Of a stretch of DNA of 64,000 nt, positions 53,662 to 61,648 are shown one piece after another. Origin of the DNA: Nitrosomonas sp. (GTDB taxonomy: Bacteria; Pseudomonadota; Gammaproteobacteria; Burkholderiales; Nitrosomonadaceae). The stretch spans positions 4,141-68,140 of the forward strand of contig NZ_JAYUWI010000118.1 in NCBI RefSeq assembly GCF_043753625.1, written 5' to 3'. How positions within the stretch are numbered: the stretch's first letter is position 1; each line of letters opens with the position of its first letter. The notes beneath the pieces were generated by a model that saw only the letters and a list, made by a program, of their open reading frames with translations, made no database searches and was not told the DNA's origin. The position numbers and the translations under genes were made by a program.

Positions 53662-56471
53662 CCCACCAACACTTCATTCAACTCATCCAGCAACGGTTCC
53701 ATCCTTGCCCCAAACAACTGATGCATCCTGCCCAATCCGCCTTGTGCGTCGAACGGCGACATTTCCAGATCGTCGCGTTCGATGTGGAAGGAGTTAGCAA
53801 CGTGGTCGCGGATCATGTGCAGCCAGTTCATTTGCTCTTCGTTGAACTTCTCACCGCTGCCGGCGTGGCGTTGCATAATCCAGCTTTGGAAGTTGCGGCG
53901 TACGGTGTCGTCGAAGGGGGTTAGGGTTTTGTCCCAACCGCATACACGACGAATCAGTGCGACCAGTGTCGTGAGCTCATTGACTGGATTTCCGCCTGCC
54001 CCCCGCCTTCGCGAGGGTGACAGGGAATGGCGGGATTCCAGTTGTTGATACGCTTGCCACACGCTCAGTGGCGCGAGTTTGGGTTTGTCGGTTTTGAGTT
54101 TATCCAGCACTTGGCGGATCAGGGCGTAGCTGAGTTCACGCCTGCGATACGGCTGGCTGAAAAAGATGGTCAGTGCGGCAATGCTGTCTTGATTCGCCTT
54201 CAGGTAACCGGCAAATTCATCGGTTAAAGCTTGCGCATTGTTGGCGGCATCTTTGTCCCATTCGGCGCGCAACATTGTGTCGATGTTGTCGTGGTCGATG
54301 GTTTGTTCCTTGTCGCGGCGGATGGATTCGATGAGTTCGACCAGTTCGCCGTTCAATACTTTCGCGGCTTCAGTTACTAATTGCTGTTGCGCTTGCTGGC
54401 GTTTGTCGTCGCCGGGGTCTGAGCCGATGGGGAGCTTTGCCAGTTCCAGCGCACGCGCTTCGATGTTGTCGGCGTCGATTGCGCTGAATAATTTGCCGAC
54501 AAATTGGGTGAGTTCCATACCGCCAGCGAGTTCGCGGATGCGGCGCTGGTCATCGGTATCAAGTTGTTTGTTGAGCCGCGCCAGGCGACCGGCAAGCGAG
54601 CTGACAGTGTCTTCATCGGTTACGCCCATCATCACGCTCATCGCCAAATCCTTGAGTGGCACGCTGGGTTTAGTGATCAGCGGCTGGCTGGCGGTCTTAA
54701 GCGATTGGGTGACGCCGATGGCATCGACAATCACATAGTGGGTCTTGGCGCTGACGGCGGAGGGCGTGACTTTTTTCAGGTCGTCCATGTCCAGCGTGCG
54801 CGTGCCACGGCCTTTCATTTGCTCGAAATAGTTGCGGCTTTTCACGTCACGCATGAACACCAAACATTCCAGCGGCTTGACGTCGGTGCCGGTGGCGATC
54901 ATATCCACTGTGACGGCGATGCGCGGGTAATATTCATTGCGGAATTGCTGCAACACGGACTTGGGGTCTTCCTCGGTTTTGTAAGTGAGCTTTTTGCAAA
55001 AGGCGTTGCCCTCGTCAAATTCCTCGCGCACGGTCTGGATAATGTCGTCAGCGTGACTGTCTGTTTTGGCGAAGATCAGGGTCTTTGGCACTTCGCGGCG
55101 GCCGGGAAAAATCTCCGGCAGCTTGTCGCGGAAAGTACGAATGACGGTGCGGATTTGATCCGGGTTGACGATGTTGCGATCCAATTGCGTGTTGGAATAG
55201 GCTTCGTCTTCGTCCTGCATTTCCCAGCGCTTCTTGCGCGTGAGTTTTTCGCGTTTTTCCACTTGTTGCTTGGCGGTGATCTGCGCGCCTTGCTGGGTGA
55301 TCTGCGTTTCGATCACGTAGACTTCATTGCCAACGTTCACGCCATCCGCCACGGCCTTTTCGTGACTGTAATCGCTGACTACGTTTTTCTTGAAGAAACC
55401 GTAAGTGCGATTGTCCGGCGTGGCGGTTAAGCCGATCAGGCTGGCATCGAAATAGTCGATAACCTGTTGCCACAGGTTGTAGATGGAGCGGTGGCATTCG
55501 TCGATAAAGATGAAATCGAAGAATTCCGGCGGGACTTTTTCGTTATACACCACCGGCATCGGCGTTTTGGGTAGCGCCAATTCTGCAGGGTTAATTTCTT
55601 CGGCAGCATCATCGAGCGGCGTGTCTTTCAGGATGGAATACAAACGCTGGATGGTGCTGATGCACACCTGGCTATCCTTGGCGACAAAAGAAGATTTGAG
55701 GCGTTGCACGTTGTACAGCTCGGTAAACTTACGGTTATCGTCGAGCGGCACGTAGGACATCATTTCCTGCTCAGCCTGCTCGCCAAGATTTTTGGTATCG
55801 ACCAGAAACAGAATACGCTTGGCATTCGCATATTTGAGCAGGCGGTAAATTGAGGTGATGGCGGTGTAAGTTTTACCCGCGCCGGTTGCCATTTGAATCA
55901 GGGCGCGCGGACGACCCGCCTTAAACGAGGCTTCCAGATTGATGATGGCGGTTTCCTGGCAATCACGCAGGTGCAATTCCCTGGCGGGCAAGTGATTGGG
56001 ATTGAGCAGCGGAATATGGTGCAAACGTTCGCGCAGGCTGGCATCTTGCGCCAGCCTTTCTTTGAGCGTCTCGGGGCGGTGAAAATTGAATACTTCACGC
56101 GAGCGGGGTTTGGGATCACGGCCGTCGGTGAAACGGGTGATGATGCCGGTACTTTGGTAGAGGAAAGGCAAGGGTTCTTTGTTATTGACCCACTTGAGCG
56201 GAGCCGCCGCGTAGTCTTCAGTTTGAGTTTCATGCGCAGTGAGCCGCTGACCTTCTTCTTCACGCTTGGCTTCGATTACGCCGATTGCTTTTTTATCCAC
56301 GAACAGCACGTAATCCGCCGGACCGGCATCGGTCTGGTATTCACGCACCGCTTGGCCTAATCCAACATTCAGATCAATCTTTTTGGCTGATTGAACAACC
56401 CAGTTCGCTTGCCTAAGCAATGCATCAATGTTGTCACGGGCTTTTTGTTCTGGATTCTGGTTTTCGGTCAT
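53658..56471 (-). CDS. hsdR: Type I R-M restriction subunit (start reassigned to ATG 56471)
   Basis: ADY...IEAK nuclease motif, MATGAGKT, IDECHRS, TATP, QMKGRGTR and EcoEI-R-like C-terminus. Confidence 0.95.
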   Translation of the reverse strand: MTENQNPEQKARDNIDALLRQANWVVQSAKKIDLNVGLGQAVREYQTDAGPADYVLFVDKKAIGVIEAKREEEGQRLTAHETQTEDYAAAPLKWVNNKEPLPFLYQSTGIITRFTDGRDPKPRSREVFNFHRPETLKERLAQDASLRERLHHIPLLNPNHLPARELHLRDCQETAIINLEASFKAGRPRALIQMATGAGKTYTAITSIYRLLKYANAKRILFLVDTKNLGEQAEQEMMSYVPLDDNRKFTELYNVQRLKSSFVAKDSQVCISTIQRLYSILKDTPLDDAAEEINPAELALPKTPMPVVYNEKVPPEFFDFIFIDECHRSIYNLWQQVIDYFDASLIGLTATPDNRTYGFFKKNVVSDYSHEKAVADGVNVGNEVYVIETQITQQGAQITAKQQVEKREKLTRKKRWEMQDEDEAYSNTQLDRNIVNPDQIRTVIRTFRDKLPEIFPGRREVPKTLIFAKTDSHADDIIQTVREEFDEGNAFCKKLTYKTEEDPKSVLQQFRNEYYPRIAVTVDMIATGTDVKPLECLVFMRDVKSRNYFEQMKGRGTRTLDMDDLKKVTPSAVSAKTHYVIVDAIGVTQSLKTASQPLITKPSVPLKDLAMSVMMGVTDEDTVSSLAGRLARLNKQLDTDDQRRIRELAGGMELTQFVGKLFSAIDADNIEARALELAKLPIGSDPGDDKRQQAQQQLVTEAAKVLNGELVELIESIRRDKEQTIDHDNIDTMLRAEWDKDAANNAQALTDEFAGYLKANQDSIAALTIFFSQPYRRRELSYALIRQVLDKLKTDKPKLAPLSVWQAYQQLESRHSLSPSRRRGAGGNPVNELTTLVALIRRVCGWDKTLTPFDDTVRRNFQSWIMQRHAGSGEKFNEEQMNWLHMIRDHVANSFHIERDDLEMSPFDAQGGLGRMHQLFGARMEPLLDELNEVLVG
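53984..54041. repeat. Composite palindrome inserted in frame in hsdR
   Basis: CTGGATTTCCGCCTGCCCCCCGCCTTCGCGAGGGTGACAGGGAATGGCGGGATTCCAG; same core as the hsdS copy in the opposite orientation; read as SRHSLSPSRRRGAGGNP. Confidence 0.8.
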
Positions 56472-56811
56472 ATTTAAAACACACAAGAATCATATCTCTT
56501 GATCTGCTTCCCTATCTTTATTCAACACATGATAGCGTACAGTGCTTAAAAAGCCACGAAGTACCTTGCTACAAATGGTTTGCTTAAATCTTGTACTGTG
56601 AAAACCTTAAATTCATTAATACGGAATTTCTCTTTAGCAGCCCGCTGAATTTAAAGCTGAAGCTCTGTCACTGAGAGCGGAGATCAATCAGTATTGATGC
56701 ATTTTCCTAAAGGAGATATTTCAGGCATATTTAAGGATTTATTGTGCAAATTAGAAGTACTCCTTCTCCATGAGTAAATCTGATAGTATTTTTATTTCAG
56801 GATGAGAACCC

Positions 56812-57594
56812 ATGATTATTGTTATTTCGCCAGCAAAAACACTGAATTTTGAAACGCCAGCCATCACGCAGGAGCATACGCAGCCTGGTTTTCTCGATGA
56901 TTCAGCCGAACTGATCGACCAACTCAGAAAACTGGAGCCGGATCAAGTCGGCAAGTTGATGTCTATCAGCTCTAATCTCGCTGTTCTAAATTCAAACCGC
57001 TATTTCGCCTGGAATCGCCCATTTGACATGAAAAATGCCAAACAGGCAGTACTCGCTTTCAAAGGAGATGTTTACACAGGTTTGGATGCAGATACACTGA
57101 CCGTTGCAGATTTGGCTTTTGCGCAGGATCATTTACGCATTCTGTCCGGATTGTATGGCGTGTTGCGTCCGCTGGATCTGATGCAGGCTTACCGGCTGGA
57201 AATGGGCACCCAGTTCAAGAATTCGCGCGGCAATAATCTGTACGAATTCTGGGACGATAAAATCACCCAAGCGCTCAATCAGGATTTGAAAAAACAAAAA
57301 ACAGATATTCTGATCAATCTGGCTTCCATTGAATATTTTCAGTCCGTGCAGAAGAACAAATTAAACGCACGCATCATCACTCCGGTTTTCAAAGATGAAA
57401 AAAACGGTGTTTACAAAATAATCAGTTTTTTCGCCAAGAAAGCGCGTGGCTTGATGAGCCGCTATATCATCCAGAACAAGCTGACAAACCCTGAAGATAT
57501 CAAACACTTCACTAGTTCAGGTTATCAGTTTAGTGAAGATGCCAGCAACCGTGATGAATGGATTTTCACTCGCGCGGAATCAAGATCAATTTGA
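56812..57594 (+). CDS. yaaA: Peroxide stress protein YaaA
   Basis: ISPAKTL, LSGLYGVLRPLDLMQAYRLEMG and AKKARG. Confidence 0.95.
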   Translation: MIIVISPAKTLNFETPAITQEHTQPGFLDDSAELIDQLRKLEPDQVGKLMSISSNLAVLNSNRYFAWNRPFDMKNAKQAVLAFKGDVYTGLDADTLTVADLAFAQDHLRILSGLYGVLRPLDLMQAYRLEMGTQFKNSRGNNLYEFWDDKITQALNQDLKKQKTDILINLASIEYFQSVQKNKLNARIITPVFKDEKNGVYKIISFFAKKARGLMSRYIIQNKLTNPEDIKHFTSSGYQFSEDASNRDEWIFTRAESRSI

Positions 57595-57638
57595 TTCCGA
57601 ACGAACAGCTCTACGAATTTCTTGGCAGATAAAATGCA

Positions 57639-58004
57639 ATGGATACCAATCAATCAATTGAACTGGCAAAAAACTATGTGACGTTATCCAACGATCACAA
57701 TCTCCCGCTGATTCAACTCCTGTTCGCCGACGATGCTACCTACCATTCTGCTTATTTTGGTGAATACAAAAGCAGCGCAGCGATTCATACCATGATGGCC
57801 AGCTTCTTCGTCTGCTTCCCTGATGCGCATTGGGAAGTAGCGGAATATCGCGGCATTGAGGATAACGGTGTGGAATTTAATTTTGCCATGACTGGAATGG
57901 ATACCTCTTCCGGTGAGCAGGTGAAACGGCAAGGATTGGAGCGCATCTACTTCACTCCGGATGGTTTGATCAAGCATATTGCAGTTCTAAAGCCGCACAA
58001 TTAG
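57639..58004 (+). CDS. SnoaL-like/NTF2-family protein
   Basis: LFADDATY motif, about 120 aa, terminal F-x-x-DGLI strand. Confidence 0.75.
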   Translation: MDTNQSIELAKNYVTLSNDHNLPLIQLLFADDATYHSAYFGEYKSSAAIHTMMASFFVCFPDAHWEVAEYRGIEDNGVEFNFAMTGMDTSSGEQVKRQGLERIYFTPDGLIKHIAVLKPHN

Positions 58005-58180
58005 CTTGTGCTGATCAAACGATCTCTTGTCTAATTTGAGTAATCATTCAATCAACAGAACTGTGAAGAGAAAATTTCACTGCCAGCATCTGATAAATGT
58101 CCAGAATGTCAGATTTGTGAATAATAATCCGGCGCATTAGGTTAAAATTTCACACATTCACTTCTGCCCCGCATCATGTT

Positions 58181-59293
58181 ATGCCACACCACAAAATCAA
58201 AGTAGTTCGAATTGAAGAAAGTCAGCAACAGACTTATCTTTCACCTGCACAGAAAAAATTTAATGGATTAATCCAGAAAATTGATGCGCAGAAGAAACTA
58301 CTGGCCACATGGCAGGAAGTAATGCCTCAATACCAACAGGAAATTGCCGGAAAACTGATCCCGTTACGCGGTACGTTCCGCGATCATCAAGCAGAAATGG
58401 TGGTGATGTTGGATGCTTTGTATAGCACTCAGAAGCTCGCCCACAACCAGCGAGATAAAATTGCATACCTGATTACCAGCATATGCGAGGAGCTGATCGG
58501 TCAACACGGGCGCGAGGATTTAAAGCCGCTTTATGATTGTTACAGCGAACAGGATTACGATGCTGCAGCTCAAGAAGCCGATGAAATGGCCAGTGAATAT
58601 TTGAAATCTATGTTCGAACAGGAATTCGGTGTTGAACTGACCGATGATGAATTTGATTGTTCCGACCCTGAAGAAACAGCGGCACGCTTGGCTGAGAAGA
58701 TGCAGGAGCGGCAGGAACAGGCTCAAGAGTCCCGCTCCAAGCGGGAAAAATCCGCCAAACAATTGGAGAAGGAAGCACGTGAGCAGGAAGAGGAGGCCAA
58801 CGTCAGCAAATCGATCCAAGCAGTTTACCGGCAACTGGTAGCAGTGTTGCATCCGGACCGGGAGCTGGATCCAGTGGAGCGCGAACGTAAAACCGAATTA
58901 ATGCAGAAAGTGACGGTTGCTTATGGAAAAAGAGATTTGCTGCAACTGCTGGAATTACAATTGAGTGTCGAACAAATTGATCAGAGCAATATTAACAATA
59001 TCGCCGATGATCGCTTAAAGCATTACAACAAAATCCTGCAAAGCCAATTGGAAGAACTACAGCAAGAGGTAGTGCTTATGGAATTGGACATCAGGAAAAT
59101 GGCTGGACTTGCACCGTATGCGCACTTGTCGCCGAAGCGGGTTTTTGCTCTGCTAAATGAAGACATGCGCACGTTACGGAATCAAATCAACCGCATTCAA
59201 TATGACTTGATGCTATTCAATGATGTGAAGCAGTTCAAATCATGGCTCAAAGGCTATCGGATTCCCGCATCTGGGTTTGATCCGTTTTTCTAA
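58181..59293 (+). CDS. Coiled-coil protein with an internal J-domain
   Basis: YRQLVAVLHPDR...MQKVTVAY (J-domain HPD) at about two-thirds of the length. Confidence 0.7.
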   Translation: MPHHKIKVVRIEESQQQTYLSPAQKKFNGLIQKIDAQKKLLATWQEVMPQYQQEIAGKLIPLRGTFRDHQAEMVVMLDALYSTQKLAHNQRDKIAYLITSICEELIGQHGREDLKPLYDCYSEQDYDAAAQEADEMASEYLKSMFEQEFGVELTDDEFDCSDPEETAARLAEKMQERQEQAQESRSKREKSAKQLEKEAREQEEEANVSKSIQAVYRQLVAVLHPDRELDPVERERKTELMQKVTVAYGKRDLLQLLELQLSVEQIDQSNINNIADDRLKHYNKILQSQLEELQQEVVLMELDIRKMAGLAPYAHLSPKRVFALLNEDMRTLRNQINRIQYDLMLFNDVKQFKSWLKGYRIPASGFDPFF

Positions 59294-59566
59294 CGATTCG
59301 CTATGCTCGATTCAATCTTCACTTGCTGAAGTAAATTCAAATTAGAAACATGACTAGTGTAACTATATCTTCATATAACTATGAAAAAATTCACTTTCTC
59401 TTAGTATCATCAAACTTCAATCTTAAAAGCTTATCGCCGTAATAATTTTGCGCATTCTGTTCCGAATCTTCAAAAATTTATTTTCGGCGGCTAGAAGCAT
59501 TGTTTAAATTTACAGATAACGCTATCCTGATAAGCGATATTAATTTTTTGTCAACATAAGGCCATA

Positions 59567-60226
59567 ATGACACAAGACGAACAAAAACGCGCTGCTGCTG
59601 CAGCTGCAATCCAGCATATTCCGGTTGGTTGTATTGTTGGCGTGGGCACAGGTTCTACCGCCAATTACTTTATCGATGAGCTGGCTAAAATCAAAAATAA
59701 AATTGAAGGCGCTGTCGCAAGTTCGGATGCGACTGCACAACGCCTCAAGAGTTACGGTATCGAAGTGCTTGATTTCAATAATGTTATTGATTTGCCTGTT
59801 TATGTGGACGGTGCGGATGAGATTACCGAACATTTGCACATGATCAAAGGTGGTGGCGGTGCTTTAACGCGGGAAAAAATTGTGGCTGCTGTCGCTCGAA
59901 AATTCATCTGCATTACAGACCAAAGCAAGCTGGTGAATGTTCTTGGCAACTTTCCATTACCCATTGAGGTCATACCCATGGCGCGCAGCTATGTCGCACG
60001 TGAAATTGTGCTACTGGGAGGGCAACCGGCCTTACGCCGGGGATTCATCACTGATAATGGCAATGTGATTCTTGATGTACATAACTTGCAAATTATGAAT
60101 CCGGTTGAACTGGAAACGACACTGAATCAGATTACAGGGGTTGTAACAAATGGTCTTTTTGCCCGGCGTTCAGCAGATACTTTATTACTGGGAACAGATA
60201 ATGGGGTACGGACAATTACTATCTGA
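59567..60226 (+). CDS. rpiA: Ribose-5-phosphate isomerase A
   Basis: GVGTGST, DGADE and [12 protein letters not shown]. Confidence 0.97.
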   Translation: MTQDEQKRAAAAAAIQHIPVGCIVGVGTGSTANYFIDELAKIKNKIEGAVASSDATAQRLKSYGIEVLDFNNVIDLPVYVDGADEITEHLHMIKGGGGALTREKIVAAVARKFICITDQSKLVNVLGNFPLPIEVIPMARSYVAREIVLLGGQPALRRGFITDNGNVILDVHNLQIMNPVELETTLNQITGVVTNGLFARRSADTLLLGTDNGVRTITI

Positions 60227-60297
60227 TTTATAATGTTAATCTTTAGCAGCTAAAAACTTGGCGCATCGCATAATTCCATACCAACAAAAGGCATGCC

Positions 60298-61005
60298 ATG
60301 GTAACCAAAGAACATATTTCCAAGCAGTTTGATGCTGATCTTGAAGAAGTGCGCACACGTGTTTTGCAAATGGGTGGTTTTGTTGAAGAGCAAATCGAAT
60401 ATGCTATTGAGGCGCTGACGACCGGCAATGAAGAGTTAATTGATCAAATCATTGCTCGTGACCATCGCGTTAACTCCATGGAAGTGTCAATTGATGAAAT
60501 CTGCAATCAAATTATTGCACGCCGACAGCCGACTGCAAGCGACTTACGCATGATTATGATGGTTATCAAAACCATTACCGATTTGGAACGTATTGGCGAC
60601 GAAGCAGCGAAAATTGCACGAATGGCAAAGTTGATCTATTCAACGGACCGTATGCACATACCGCGCTTTATTGAAATCAAGCATGTCGCCAGTATCGCCA
60701 TGGACATGCTACATAAGGCGCTAGATTCCTTTGCCCGGTTAGACTTGAATGCAGCCGCGCAAATTGTACGGCAGGACGAACTTGTGGATGAAGAATTTCG
60801 TTCCATCTTGCGACAATTGATTACTTTCATGATGGAAGATCCAAGAAAAATCTCCACTTGCTTGGAGATAGTATTTATCGCCAAAGCAATCGAGCGTATT
60901 GGCGATCATGCAAAAAACATGTCCGAGTACGTTGTTTACATGGTAAAGGGCAAGGATGTACGCCATGTAACAGCCGATCAGATTGAACAGGAAATTCGGG
61001 AATAA
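60298..61005 (+). CDS. phoU: Phosphate signalling protein PhoU
   Basis: RRQPTASDLR, TDLERIGD and IERIGDHAKN. Confidence 0.96.
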   Translation: MVTKEHISKQFDADLEEVRTRVLQMGGFVEEQIEYAIEALTTGNEELIDQIIARDHRVNSMEVSIDEICNQIIARRQPTASDLRMIMMVIKTITDLERIGDEAAKIARMAKLIYSTDRMHIPRFIEIKHVASIAMDMLHKALDSFARLDLNAAAQIVRQDELVDEEFRSILRQLITFMMEDPRKISTCLEIVFIAKAIERIGDHAKNMSEYVVYMVKGKDVRHVTADQIEQEIRE

Positions 61006-61066
61006 CACCTTTCTGTCAGATTATTTGCGGATTCAGCCTACTACCCTATCAATCAGGATATTCAAG

Positions 61067-61642
61067 TCATGAGCAGGTGGTGATCTTGGCGATGCGCGAT
61101 CTGCCGCTGCTGCTTAATATGATATCGCGCCCATTACCGGATGCTGCTGGCGCAGCTGGGCAAAGCGTGATTGTGCCAGATTGAAACCCACCAGTGGTAA
61201 GCTTTGGGATTCCTTGTGCATCATAAGAAATATAACTACTGACATTAGTATTCCCAGATAAACTAAAGCCAGTTGATAATGCAGACATCGTAGTAATTAT
61301 CTGCTCGCCAGCATTAGCACTTGCATTATTGTCCAAATCAGCAAACACAATCCACCCTTGGCTCCAGTTACCCAAACTGGTGCATGTTGAACCATCAGAA
61401 CTTTTACAGATAACAACACGCGCATTACGTTTTACCGCTTCCGATCTAGCCAATGCCATATGTGAGAATAGCGTGTTAGCATAACTACTTAGACGAGTAC
61501 TCGTAGTAAATTGACTGAAAGACGGTACGCCAATGGTCAATAAAATGGAAAATACCGACAGTGCGACCAGCAGCTCAATTAAGGTCACACCACGGCAACT
61601 TTGAACCATCTGGTCTGTAGAAATAATTCTCAATCTAATCAT
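61067..61642 (-). CDS. fimT: GspH/FimT family minor pilin
   Basis: RG|VTLIELL prepilin site, ARSEAVKR-x-x-x-V-x-x-C, WSQGWIVF and C-terminal GR; start may be ATG 61609. Confidence 0.85.
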   Translation of the reverse strand: MIRLRIISTDQMVQSCRGVTLIELLVALSVFSILLTIGVPSFSQFTTSTRLSSYANTLFSHMALARSEAVKRNARVVICKSSDGSTCTSLGNWSQGWIVFADLDNNASANAGEQIITTMSALSTGFSLSGNTNVSSYISYDAQGIPKLTTGGFQSGTITLCPAAPAASGNGRDIILSSSGRSRIAKITTCS

Positions 61643-61648
61643 TTTGTA

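Noticed and set aside
50538-54041. Palindromic repeats as a CRISPR array
   Set aside because: Few copies, irregular spacing, mixed orientation, located inside genes, and no cas genes in the window.
59295-59303. GATTCGCTA match to the tRNA-Met 3' end (48393-48401) as a possible attR
   Set aside because: Only 9 bp, expected by chance; no integrase is present and the interval would include core yaaA.
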